Virus record (IMG/VR): IMGVR_UViG_3300014205_000011
Location: 1-64,000 of that record
Source: a virus
Taxonomy: Duplodnaviria > Caudoviricetes
Strand: one strand, 5' to 3'
Length of the DNA: 64,000 nt
Shown: in pieces, positions 1-9,027 of the stretch
Position numbering within the stretch: the first letter of the stretch is position 1
Layout: each line of letters begins with the position of its first letter
The notes under the pieces: model-generated
Databases searched by the model: none
What the model was told of the DNA's origin: nothing
What the model saw: only the letters and a program-made list of their open reading frames with translations
Made by a program: the position numbers and the translations under genes

Positions 1-1
1 A

Positions 2-457
2 GAAATAGGTGATGTAATAAGTAGTCCAACCCTTAACGAAGTACTTACAGCAGGGAATACGTCTGCTTTAGATATAAACGTAGGGGACATAACCTCTACA
101 AATATTTTAGGGGGCGGTTATACACCAACAACAACTAATATAACCAACGTAGTAAGCAGTGTGCCATCTGCGTTTACTTATCAAAGAGTGGGCGATATTG
201 TAACGGGATACGGGTATATTTTAATTGATGTTGGCGCAACAGGCACTTGTGAAGTAAACTTTACTTTGCCAGTAGCTTCTAACTTTGCTAATGTCGAAGA
301 TTTAAAAGGAAATGGACAGCCTCATATTGGGGGAGCAAATGTTAACAGTATTTACCTTCTCGCACAAACAACTACCAACCAAGTAAGATTAATATTTGAA
401 GCCAATTCTACTGGGTTGGTTGGAGTAAACTTTTCATTTCAATACATAATACTATGA
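2..457 (+). CDS. Tail fibre / receptor-binding protein, C-terminal part (5' truncated by window edge)
   Basis: The frame of the 161..457 ORF is open back to base 2 (EIGDVISSPTLNEVLTAGNTSALDIN...). Thr/Asn-rich, beta-strand-like, with a TLxEVLxAGN motif typical of Bacteroidota phage fibres. Confidence 0.6.
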   Translation, partial: EIGDVISSPTLNEVLTAGNTSALDINVGDITSTNILGGGYTPTTTNITNVVSSVPSAFTYQRVGDIVTGYGYILIDVGATGTCEVNFTLPVASNFANVEDLKGNGQPHIGGANVNSIYLLAQTTTNQVRLIFEANSTGLVGVNFSFQYIIL

Positions 458-750
458 TATACCTAGACGATTATACTTTTATTAGCACGGGCTCAATAAC
501 TGCCACACCATTAGGTAGTGCAGGGTGGAAACTAATAGTAATAAGCCTTGAAAGCAACATTGCAGCAGGGGATGAGTTATTAATTAAATTAGACGGTGGA
601 CAAGAGCCGCTTTTTAAAATCACTGATAACAGGGTAAAAAAAGTAGTAGTGTATTGTGATGCCAATACAGAAGTTTCTCTTTATTTTGAAAGCAACAATA
701 GCAGCGAGGTAAATATTACCATTAAAGACGCTGATATAAGCATAATATAA
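454..750 (+). CDS. Hypothetical protein, fibre-associated
   Basis: 98-aa ORF with ATGA overlap to the upstream gene; same G/C-richer codon style as 2..457. Confidence 0.6.
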   Translation: MIYLDDYTFISTGSITATPLGSAGWKLIVISLESNIAAGDELLIKLDGGQEPLFKITDNRVKKVVVYCDANTEVSLYFESNNSSEVNITIKDADISII

Positions 751-751
751 C

Positions 752-1321
752 ATGGCATTTACACTCCAAAATAGTATAAGTTTGGTTAGCAACTCTGTTC
801 TAAAAGTATATGATACTACTGGTACTTATAATGCTACTACAAATCTTGGGGGGTGGGGAAGTCCTAATCCTACAAGAGCAGGTATTACAAGTGCCACAGT
901 ATCTATTTACTTACCTTCAGCTACAACACCTGTTGTTGTTACAACTGTAACCAGTACTGTACAAGCTGCTGCTGCTGAAGAATTTTTAATATATAGTTAT
1001 AGCTTGGCTGATTTAAATATTAGTACAGATGTATTACCTGATGGAATATACAGAATTGTTTACACAGTAGTTAGCTCTGGTACAACATATATAAATGATC
1101 AAAGCTTTTTAAGTTATGCTCAAGTAAAGTGTTGCATCTTTAATAAGTTTGCTAACTTTATAGACGATTCATGTGGGTGTAAAAAAGATACTTCAGATTT
1201 ACTTACTCAGTGGTCTATGCTAAAAGCTATTATGTTTGGGGTAGCTGGTGGTAACCTTATAGAAGCTAATACCATACTTACCAAACTTCAAACTATGTGT
1301 GATATAAATAAATGCTGTTAA
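752..1321 (+). CDS. Putative virion (tail hub/fibre-attachment) protein
   Basis: DTTGxYxxxxNxGGWGxPNP and DGIY motifs plus Cys-rich C-terminus (KCC, CGCK, KCC), recalled from crAss-like tail-region proteins. Confidence 0.5.
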   Translation: MAFTLQNSISLVSNSVLKVYDTTGTYNATTNLGGWGSPNPTRAGITSATVSIYLPSATTPVVVTTVTSTVQAAAAEEFLIYSYSLADLNISTDVLPDGIYRIVYTVVSSGTTYINDQSFLSYAQVKCCIFNKFANFIDDSCGCKKDTSDLLTQWSMLKAIMFGVAGGNLIEANTILTKLQTMCDINKCC

Positions 1322-1322
1322 T

Positions 1323-1907
1323 ATGAGTTGTACAAATTGTTATGATTGCTTACCATTAGTTCTTACACCAATAGGTGCTACTGGAGCTACAGGCCCTACA
1401 GGAGCAACTGGTGCTACAGGTGCTAGTGGATTTTCTATTGTAGGATATACTGGTTTAGTTAGTACTACTGGATCAGGTAGTTGGGAAGATTTAGCTACTT
1501 ATACTCTTAATGTAGACAGTACTACTGGACAACTTCTTCAAAATGGTGAAGGTTATTATATATTGTATAATATGGCTACTAATGCTACAGGACTAAACAC
1601 AAGACAGTTTAGAATTTTAATAGGAGCTACTGCTAGTACTACTATATATGGAACTTTTTACCCCATAGTTAATCAAGATAGCTGCATAGGACAACTTACA
1701 GTTACAAGATTATCAAGTACAGTTGTAACATTAGCTGGTACTAGCTCTAGTTATAGGTCAAACACTACTGTAGTATCAACTGATAATATTACAGTATCAG
1801 ATTTAGCTAGTAATTCTTTTGTATTAAAAATACAAGGATTTACAACATCTGCCCCTAGTACAGTATCACATATAAATTCAGTTGTTAATTTTATGAACAA
1901 AGCATAA
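1323..1907 (+). CDS. Collagen-like fibre protein
   Basis: N-terminal CxxCxxC, then a Gly-X-Thr repeat, then a Ser/Thr-rich beta domain. Confidence 0.65.
   Translation: MSCTNCYDCLPLVLTPIGATGATGPTGATGATGASGFSIVGYTGLVSTTGSGSWEDLATYTLNVDSTTGQLLQNGEGYYILYNMATNATGLNTRQFRILIGATASTTIYGTFYPIVNQDSCIGQLTVTRLSSTVVTLAGTSSSYRSNTTVVSTDNITVSDLASNSFVLKIQGFTTSAPSTVSHINSVVNFMNKA
1374..1430 (+). repeat. Collagen-like G-X-Y repeat (GATGATGPTGATGATGASG)
   Basis: Read directly from the translation. Confidence 0.9.
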
Positions 1908-3199
1908 TGGCAAATTTTAATATAACAGAAAGCCTTACAGTAGCTAATAATACTACAACAACTTTAGATGTAGATAACCTTGTACTATATTATGTAGTAA
2001 GTGGAACAGCTACTTTATCTACAGGTAATTATACTATAAGTACAAGTTCAAGTCCTACAGATGGAAAACTATTTTATATATGGTATAAAGGTAGAGTAAC
2101 TTATGGTGGAGGATATGTAGTAAATATATTAGGTACAGCATTTACTCAACAAGAAGCTCTTAGTGACTCTTTAATAATAGTTAAAGGTAATGGAGCAGAT
2201 TTTGATATAGTCGTATTAAAAGATGATTTAGATTTTTATTTACCTTATAAAGGAGTAGATACTTATGCAACAGTATTAGCTGGTGGTACTTTAACATTAG
2301 AGCCTAAGCTAGATAAAAAAGTACAAATAATAACAGGCTCAGGTTCTATGTCTGGTAGTAGTACTATTACTGCTACAGCAGAAACTGTAGGAGATGAATT
2401 TTTAATCATATACAATGCTACTTTAACTTTAGGTGCTAACTCGTATACAATATTTGGTATTTCACTTACAGCAGAAGAAGCAGCTAGTGGAGACTTAAGC
2501 ATATTAACAAGTTATGATGGAGCAGCTTGGCAAACATCTATGATGAAAGGTCAAAGTCTAGTGCCAGATAGAGCTACACAAGCACAAGCTGAAACAGGTA
2601 GTAATAATACTACTTACACAACACCTTTAAGAGTATCACAATACGTAGCTGCTTGGTTACTTGCAGGAGCTAAAAGTACTAGTCAAATATGGACATTTAG
2701 TAATGCTACACCTATTAATTTATCTGCTCTTACTGCTAATCAAACACTTGAATTAGATGGTAGTAAAAATATTACATCAGTAGCTAAACAAGATGCTTAC
2801 AATGCAGCTTTTGGTACTACTGCTGGAACAGTAACAGAAGGAGATGATACTAGAGTAGCAAATGATAGTTTTGTACTTTATGGATCTTTTGTAACTGGTG
2901 AAGTAGGAGCTATAGGATTTGATATGCAACATGCAATAACTGTTACATCTGCTTATATAAGAGTAACAGGTACTTTATCAGGAACTGATGATGGTACTAT
3001 AACACTTAGTAAAGGTGGTTCTGCTATAACAGGTGGTAGCCAAGTAATACCTTTATCAACACCATTTGGTACAGATTATACACTTAGTTTATCAGGTCCT
3101 AATGCTAGTTTTGTAGTAGGAGACGAACTTAGATATACAACAAGTAAAACTACATCAGGAGGTAAAATTATGATAGTAGTTTATTATACTAAAGACTAA
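1907..3199 (+). CDS. Tail fibre protein
   Basis: Two similar ~90-aa beta domains, then fibre-type motifs ATQAQAETGSNNTTYTTPLRV and GTTAGTVTEGDDTRV. Confidence 0.7.
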   Translation: MANFNITESLTVANNTTTTLDVDNLVLYYVVSGTATLSTGNYTISTSSSPTDGKLFYIWYKGRVTYGGGYVVNILGTAFTQQEALSDSLIIVKGNGADFDIVVLKDDLDFYLPYKGVDTYATVLAGGTLTLEPKLDKKVQIITGSGSMSGSSTITATAETVGDEFLIIYNATLTLGANSYTIFGISLTAEEAASGDLSILTSYDGAAWQTSMMKGQSLVPDRATQAQAETGSNNTTYTTPLRVSQYVAAWLLAGAKSTSQIWTFSNATPINLSALTANQTLELDGSKNITSVAKQDAYNAAFGTTAGTVTEGDDTRVANDSFVLYGSFVTGEVGAIGFDMQHAITVTSAYIRVTGTLSGTDDGTITLSKGGSAITGGSQVIPLSTPFGTDYTLSLSGPNASFVVGDELRYTTSKTTSGGKIMIVVYYTKD

Positions 3200-3456
3200 T
3201 GACAAAGACAGAGGTAGATAATTATAGCGTATATGCTCAAAACAAATTGGTCACTGAATGGAATACATATTTAACTAATTTAAGTAATGGTAAACCACTC
3301 AAGTATCCAAATACTTCTCTTATATTTGCAATGATAGCTTTAGAAGTTATATTTCAATATGAACCTGACCCAGATTCTGATAATTATGCAAGCAATTGTA
3401 TATCAGAAGAACAATTTTGCAATGTAATAGCTTACTTACAAAAAACAATAAGATGA
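3199..3456 (+). CDS. Small putative virion protein
   Basis: 85-aa ORF coupled by TAATG/ATGA overlaps within the structural operon. Confidence 0.55.
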   Translation: MTKTEVDNYSVYAQNKLVTEWNTYLTNLSNGKPLKYPNTSLIFAMIALEVIFQYEPDPDSDNYASNCISEEQFCNVIAYLQKTIR

Positions 3457-4091
3457 CACAATTAGAAAAATTAGTGCAGAATGTATACTCTGCTATAAAA
3501 CAATCATCAGGTACTAACACAGATCCTGCTGCTACAACTGTTACAGGGCCTTGGTCAATAATCTCTTTACTAAAAGGGTGGTTATCTGGATTAGGATTTG
3601 GTTCAGTAAAAGGTAAAATCTTTAATAGTTCAGCAGAAAAAACAAGACCTGCAAATGTTACTGCATATGTTGCTAAAGACGTATTAGCAGAATCTACTTC
3701 AGTAGCTACTACTTGGAGATTTGAAAATATTATAGATGCAGCAGGAGAACAAGGTTATATAACTAAAGTTCAATTGTGGAGTTCTGATAAAGCTGAAACA
3801 GGTATTTACAGAATACATTTTTTTACTACTTCTATAACAGCAATAAATGATGCAGACCCTTTTTTACAACTTTATGCTAACAGAGATTCATATATAGGTT
3901 ATGTAAATATGCCAGCTATGACTACAGAAGATGCTTCAAGTTCTACTGCAAGCTATAGTCAAATAGTAGATCCTAGAATTACTTTTGTATCCAGCACTAC
4001 TAGTATTTATGCAATGTTAGAAACTCTTTCAGGATTTACTCCTGTTAGTGCTGCAACTTACACAATAAAAATTAGTACTACTAAATCATAA
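3453..4091 (+). CDS. Putative virion beta-sandwich protein
   Basis: ATG at 3453 overlaps the upstream stop; Thr/Ser-rich, beta-strand pattern. Confidence 0.6.
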   Translation: MTQLEKLVQNVYSAIKQSSGTNTDPAATTVTGPWSIISLLKGWLSGLGFGSVKGKIFNSSAEKTRPANVTAYVAKDVLAESTSVATTWRFENIIDAAGEQGYITKVQLWSSDKAETGIYRIHFFTTSITAINDADPFLQLYANRDSYIGYVNMPAMTTEDASSSTASYSQIVDPRITFVSSTTSIYAMLETLSGFTPVSAATYTIKISTTKS

Positions 4092-4873
4092 TGGTAACTA
4101 CTAATTTTATATTAATACTTAATGGAAGTAATTTACTTCCTGAAACAAAAGCCTATATAGCCGCTGGGGGCATAACCGACCCCGTAATTATACAAGCAGC
4201 CAACACCCTTTTTACAGGACTAATAAACAACAACCTTTGGCCTTTATATCATGCTGTTTACCCGTGTGCGGGGGGAACTGCCCTAAGCAACTCCATAAAC
4301 GCAAAAGCCCCCGGCACTTATAACCTGTCTTACGTAGGGGGAATAACTCATAATGCTAATGGGATGACGTTTGACGGTGCAACGGGCTATGCTTTAACAG
4401 GGATAAACCCATCCGTTCCTGTATTTGGAGCACAAGATAACTTTGGACTATCTGTATATGTTAGAAACAACCTAAACGCAGGTTGTGCTATTGGAGGGGG
4501 ATTGTTAAGCCCTGTAAGAATTACCCAAATATACCCTCGGTTAGCAGGAATGTCAGATATTGCTATAAATTCTGCAAATTCTGACGGTGCAGCAAGTGCA
4601 GATAGTAGGGGGCAATGGGATGCACATCGTACTGCTTCAAATGTAATAAAAGGATTTAAAAACGGGGCGGTAGTAGTTAACTCAACAAGGGCAAGCGTTA
4701 CCCCTGCAAGTGCACAAATAGGGATAGGTGCAAATAACAGAACAGCAGCTACGGATTTTTCAGCTTTTAACATTGCTTTTGCAACTTTGTCACAAGGGCT
4801 AACAGATGCACAAGTAGCTATTCAAAATACATTAATTCAAGAATTTAATACTGCATTAAGCAGAAACGTATAA
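4091..4873 (+). CDS. Putative receptor-binding / lectin-like virion protein
   Basis: Ala/Gly/Asn-rich beta protein (GGITHNANGMTFDGATGY); codon style differs from flanking genes. Confidence 0.5.
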   Translation: MVTTNFILILNGSNLLPETKAYIAAGGITDPVIIQAANTLFTGLINNNLWPLYHAVYPCAGGTALSNSINAKAPGTYNLSYVGGITHNANGMTFDGATGYALTGINPSVPVFGAQDNFGLSVYVRNNLNAGCAIGGGLLSPVRITQIYPRLAGMSDIAINSANSDGAASADSRGQWDAHRTASNVIKGFKNGAVVVNSTRASVTPASAQIGIGANNRTAATDFSAFNIAFATLSQGLTDAQVAIQNTLIQEFNTALSRNV

Positions 4874-5088
4874 TGGAACTACTAATAGTAAACAAAGTAT
4901 TTGCTGAAGAGAACAAGGGCAAAACAGCCATACATGATGGTGCAAATTATATATTTGATTACAGGATAACCAAAGACGGCAAATATGTGTGTAGTATGGA
5001 TTATAAAATTACTATGCCACAACTTTTTGAAAATACTACTTTTGAAACAGGTAACTTTGAAACCACAGATTTTAATAATGAAAAATAA
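4873..5088 (+). CDS. Hypothetical protein
   Basis: 71-aa ORF, TAATG coupled. Confidence 0.55.
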   Translation: MELLIVNKVFAEENKGKTAIHDGANYIFDYRITKDGKYVCSMDYKITMPQLFENTTFETGNFETTDFNNEK

Positions 5089-5608
5089 AACAATATTTAT
5101 TTTAACTACATTAATTGTAATGTTAACATTTTCAAGTTGTTACACTAAAAAACAAGCTATTGCTAAGTTTTGTAATCCATTATTGGTTAAAGATAGTTTT
5201 AATTTAATTACTAATGTAAAAGATAGTATAGTTAAAAAAGACAGTACAGTATTTATTCCTAAGTTTTATACAAACTTTGAATTAGACAACTTGTGTGACA
5301 GTCTAGGTAAAGCTAAAGACATTAACTTTACTACAGGTACTGGAAACAATACAGCCAGTGTAGAGATAAAAAACAATAAACTCAAAGTAAAATGTAATTG
5401 TGATAGCGCAATACAGGTTCTTAAAAGCATTATTAAATCTCACAACAAAAAAAGTGTTACCAAACAAAAAACCACTACTGTAACACAAGCCCCTGCAAAG
5501 CCAGTACATTGGTTAAAACAGTTTCAGGCATGGAGTATATGGTTTTGGTGGATAGGATTATTTACTATAGCATTTTTTATACTTTGGATTATAAAAAAAT
5601 TTGTATAA
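5078..5608 (+). CDS. Unimolecular spanin-like lipoprotein
   Basis: Likely start ATG 5078: MKNKTIFILTTLIVMLTFSSC (signal plus lipobox-like Cys). C-terminal TM helix WSIWFWWIGLFTIAFFILWIIKK. Sits next to holin-like and endolysin genes. Confidence 0.7.
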   Translation: MKNKTIFILTTLIVMLTFSSCYTKKQAIAKFCNPLLVKDSFNLITNVKDSIVKKDSTVFIPKFYTNFELDNLCDSLGKAKDINFTTGTGNNTASVEIKNNKLKVKCNCDSAIQVLKSIIKSHNKKSVTKQKTTTVTQAPAKPVHWLKQFQAWSIWFWWIGLFTIAFFILWIIKKFV

Positions 5609-5613
5609 GTTTG
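5606..5613 (+). promoter_or_regulatory. Bacteroidota sigma70 -7 box (TAAGTTTG)
   Basis: Matches TAnnTTTG, 20 nt upstream of ATG 5634. Confidence 0.45.
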
Positions 5614-5633
5614 TACACTCTATTTACTATAAC

Positions 5634-5927
5634 ATGACATCTGATACTATAATCACAATACTAGGCAGTGGAGCAGGAGGAGCTCTTTTAATAAAAGTAA
5701 TAGAAATTTTTCTTTTGCCTAAAGAAAAAGTTAAAGAATTTGATCAAACACTTAGAGATGAACTATGGGACAGGATTAAAAATCTTGAAGGCAGACTTGA
5801 TGAACAAAACAAAATGATTGTAGAAGTAATAAAAGAAAATGCTTCAGTAAAACAAGAGCTGCATACTTACAAAGAAGAGAACACAATGCTCAAAGCAGAG
5901 TTAGATAAACACATAAAAAACAATTAA
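5634..5927 (+). CDS. Holin-like membrane protein (1 TM plus coiled coil)
   Basis: N-terminal hydrophobic helix IITILGSGAGGALLIKVIEIFLL, then heptad-rich tail; lysis-cassette context. Confidence 0.5.
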   Translation: MTSDTIITILGSGAGGALLIKVIEIFLLPKEKVKEFDQTLRDELWDRIKNLEGRLDEQNKMIVEVIKENASVKQELHTYKEENTMLKAELDKHIKNN

Positions 5928-5932
5928 AATAT

Positions 5933-7078
5933 ATGCAACTTGAAGAGATTATTAAACAGGAGATGATTAATAATCCTGAGATGAGTGCTGGAGAAATTGC
6001 GAGAAAGCTAATTAAAGAGGGATTAGCTGTACATCCAAGGACTATAACCAAAAAGATTTCTAGAATCAAAAAGAGAGAAAACAAGTTACAAGAGTTTGTA
6101 ACAGATTACCAACTTGACAAAGCAGACATTAAAAATGTTACTATTAATGAATGGACTGTAACAAGTTTTAAAAATGGTAAACCAAACACTTACACTAACA
6201 CACAAATAAAAGTTAAAGCTGAACCTAGTTTAAAAACTTTTAACTTTGAAGAACATTTAAAGGAGTATCAATCTCCCAAGTTTGAATCGCATAACATTAA
6301 CAATGATTCAATAGCTCTAATTAACATATACGATGCTCATATAGACAAGATGAGCTTTAAAGGTAACTCTACTGTACAAAACAATTTAAACACCTTTACA
6401 AACTGTTTTAGTAACTTATTTAGCTCTGTATACAATTACAATCCTAATACAATAGTATTTCCTGTAGGTTCAGACTTTTTTAATACTAATTCATTGAGTA
6501 AGTTTACCAAAAAGGGAACTATACAAGATACAAGTACTCTTCCACATATAGCATTTGATTTAGGTCTTAAAGCTATTAGAAGTTGTATAGACATAGCTAA
6601 AACACACTCAAACATATACATACCCATTATACAAGGTAATCATGATGAAGATACTTGTTTTTACTTAGGTAAATGTTTAAGTTTTATATATGAAAATGAT
6701 GATAGGGTAACTATAGATGATTCGTATAGCAAAAGAAAATACTTTAATTATAAAGATATACTATTAGGATTTGCACATGGTTCATTAGAAAGAAGGTTTA
6801 TAGACAAATTGCCTTTAGTAATGGCGCAAGAACAAAAAGAGTTGTGGGGTAATACAGAGTTTAGATATTGGTTTTTAGGTGATATACATCATAAACAAGA
6901 ATATAGATTTCTTAGAACCAAAGACTCTATAGGTGTAGAAGTTAACTTTCTTAGAGCCATATCTGAAGTAGATCAATGGCATAATGATAATGGATATATA
7001 GGTATACATAAATCAGCAGAAGCAAGTATATTTGCAAAAAACAAAGGTGAAATAGCTAAATTTAAAGTAAATATATAA
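5933..7078 (+). CDS. Calcineurin-like metallophosphoesterase with N-terminal HTH-like region
   Basis: Motifs DAH, GSD, GNHD, AHG, GDIHH in canonical order. Confidence 0.85.
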   Translation: MQLEEIIKQEMINNPEMSAGEIARKLIKEGLAVHPRTITKKISRIKKRENKLQEFVTDYQLDKADIKNVTINEWTVTSFKNGKPNTYTNTQIKVKAEPSLKTFNFEEHLKEYQSPKFESHNINNDSIALINIYDAHIDKMSFKGNSTVQNNLNTFTNCFSNLFSSVYNYNPNTIVFPVGSDFFNTNSLSKFTKKGTIQDTSTLPHIAFDLGLKAIRSCIDIAKTHSNIYIPIIQGNHDEDTCFYLGKCLSFIYENDDRVTIDDSYSKRKYFNYKDILLGFAHGSLERRFIDKLPLVMAQEQKELWGNTEFRYWFLGDIHHKQEYRFLRTKDSIGVEVNFLRAISEVDQWHNDNGYIGIHKSAEASIFAKNKGEIAKFKVNI

Positions 7079-7422
7079 TGGAAATAGTACTAAGACGTGG
7101 TGAACCTAATAAACTATACATAGACAATGAATTTGAATGTATAGTAATGAATGATATTCCAGTAGGTAAATATGGTATTTTTCCTATTGATGATCCAGAA
7201 AATTTCTATTTGTATACAGATAAATATCCTAAATGGCATGACTATATGATACATATAGATAATATAGGTACACTATGTAATACTAGTGTTCCTATATCAC
7301 AAGGCGTAGTAGTGTGTAAATACATTAAAGATAACAAACCTGTATATTCAGCAAGTGCATATAAACATTTGTATGAAACACTATTAGGTAGTAATGAGCC
7401 TCTATTCTTATCAGTAATATAA
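7078..7422 (+). CDS. Divergent DUF5675-like protein
   Basis: Pattern VLRR...KLYID..FEC...IPxGxY...MIH resembles DUF5675 as recalled. Confidence 0.4.
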   Translation: MEIVLRRGEPNKLYIDNEFECIVMNDIPVGKYGIFPIDDPENFYLYTDKYPKWHDYMIHIDNIGTLCNTSVPISQGVVVCKYIKDNKPVYSASAYKHLYETLLGSNEPLFLSVI

Positions 7423-7423
7423 C

Positions 7424-7431
7424 TATCTTTG
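7424..7431 (+). promoter_or_regulatory. Bacteroidota -7 box (TATCTTTG), probable leaderless start
   Basis: TAnnTTTG ending 3 nt before ATG 7435. Confidence 0.55.
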
Positions 7432-7434
7432 TAT

Positions 7435-8109
7435 ATGGCTACTTTAAAGCAAATAGTTGATGATATACTTACTACTTGGGAAGGTGGGAGAAGAAGTAGT
7501 AATGCACTTCCAGATAGAAACTATATTATCTTTAAAATACTTGAATATAGGGCTATGTACATTAGAAGAGATACTGAAAAGAATCAATTCATTACTAACC
7601 AAATAGAACAAGATTTAGGATGTTTAGCTCTTGAAAATGTAGATGCAGCAGATTGTTGTGATGTAGAAGTAGGTTGTACAGTTAAAAGAACTGTAGTAGA
7701 AATACCTGAAATACTTAGGCTTAACTCTAAAGATGCTCTTACATATGTAGGCAGTATAGATAAAACTACTAGTTACAAGATTATTAGACCTTATGATGCT
7801 GCATGGGTTAAATATAACAAGTATACTAATAAATCTAACAGAGCATATCTACTCAACAAAAAGATATATGTTATCTCTAGTAATCCATTTATAGATAAAA
7901 TTAATGCTAGAGGTGTGTTTTATGACCCTAGAGATATTAGACAATTCATATGTGATGGTGAGGCTTGTTATACAGAAGATAGTAGATTCCCTATACCGTC
8001 TGATATGTTACAAAGTATAGTAGAACAAATAGTAACTAAAGACCTGAGAATGGGTATGACAGATACAATTAACAATCAAGTAGATGATAAAACGTTACTC
8101 AAGAACTAA
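7435..8109 (+). CDS. Tail ring (tubular) protein
   Basis: Position and size match crAss-like ring proteins upstream of IHF-like and muzzle genes; ends with YPIP-like FPIPSDML motif. Confidence 0.65.
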   Translation: MATLKQIVDDILTTWEGGRRSSNALPDRNYIIFKILEYRAMYIRRDTEKNQFITNQIEQDLGCLALENVDAADCCDVEVGCTVKRTVVEIPEILRLNSKDALTYVGSIDKTTSYKIIRPYDAAWVKYNKYTNKSNRAYLLNKKIYVISSNPFIDKINARGVFYDPRDIRQFICDGEACYTEDSRFPIPSDMLQSIVEQIVTKDLRMGMTDTINNQVDDKTLLKN

Positions 8110-8524
8110 AGATGCTTATGACTTTTACAAGTCTAAAGGAGGTACTGAAGACTATGATACTTACATTAAAGTGATTACTTACTACAATAAGTATGTAATT
8201 AATCAAATGATTAATGAAGGTAGAGTTTTAAGAATGGGTAGATTAGGTACCATGATGGTAGCTGCTGTATGGAGAAACTTTAATAAACAAGTAGTAAATT
8301 GGGGAGAAACTAATAAACTTAGAAGTCAAGGTATAAAAGAAATGGTATACTTTACAGATAATTATGCTGTAAAGTATTACTACATGAGAAACAAGTTTAA
8401 GAATAGAAGGTTTTACAAGTTTAAACCTACTAGAGGTATACATGGAAATGTAGCTAAACTAATAGAAGCTAATAAAAAAGATGATTTACTATATAAAAAA
8501 TACGCACAAATAAACAAATCATGA
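8084..8524 (+). CDS. IHF/HU-like DNA-binding protein
   Basis: Basic 146-aa protein with VLRMGRLGTMMV and YKFKPTR; crAss-like tail modules carry IHF-like genes at this position. Confidence 0.55.
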   Translation: MIKRYSRTKDAYDFYKSKGGTEDYDTYIKVITYYNKYVINQMINEGRVLRMGRLGTMMVAAVWRNFNKQVVNWGETNKLRSQGIKEMVYFTDNYAVKYYYMRNKFKNRRFYKFKPTRGIHGNVAKLIEANKKDDLLYKKYAQINKS

Positions 8525-9027
8525 CAGTAAAAGACTTTATAAAAAAATATTATCCATATGCTTTAGAAACACAAACTAAAACAGGTATATCAGCTATTGC
8601 AATATTAGCTCAATCTGCTATTGAAACAGGTTGGGGGGAGAAATGTCCTGGTAACATGATGTTTGGTATTAAAGATACAGATGGGTTAAATGGTCATGAG
8701 CAACTTATTACTACTACTGAATATCATTCTACTGCTGGTGTAAAATACCCTGAAGTAATTAGTATTAAACCAGTCACTTATTCTGGTAAAAAGATGTTTA
8801 AATACACAGTTAAAGACTACTTTAAAAAATATAATTCACCTGAAGAAAGCTTTACAGACCATGCTAACTTCTTTAAAAATAACAAAAGGTACAGTAAAGC
8901 ACTTTTAGTAAAAGATGATCCTATAAAGTTTGCAATAGAGATAGCATTAGCAGGTTACGCTACTGGCCCAGGATACGCTGCTTTATGGGTAGATGTAATT
9001 AAAACAGTACAAAAACACATAAAATGA
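8521..9027 (+). CDS. Endolysin, GH73/FlgJ-like glucosaminidase
   Basis: AILAQSAIETGWG (catalytic Glu), NMMFGIK, TTEY, GYATGPGY motifs. Confidence 0.9.
   Translation: MTVKDFIKKYYPYALETQTKTGISAIAILAQSAIETGWGEKCPGNMMFGIKDTDGLNGHEQLITTTEYHSTAGVKYPEVISIKPVTYSGKKMFKYTVKDYFKKYNSPEESFTDHANFFKNNKRYSKALLVKDDPIKFAIEIALAGYATGPGYAALWVDVIKTVQKHIK

Noticed and set aside
1-5088. Diversity-generating retroelement acting on fibre genes
   Set aside because: No reverse transcriptase and no template/variable repeat pair differing at adenines was found in the window.
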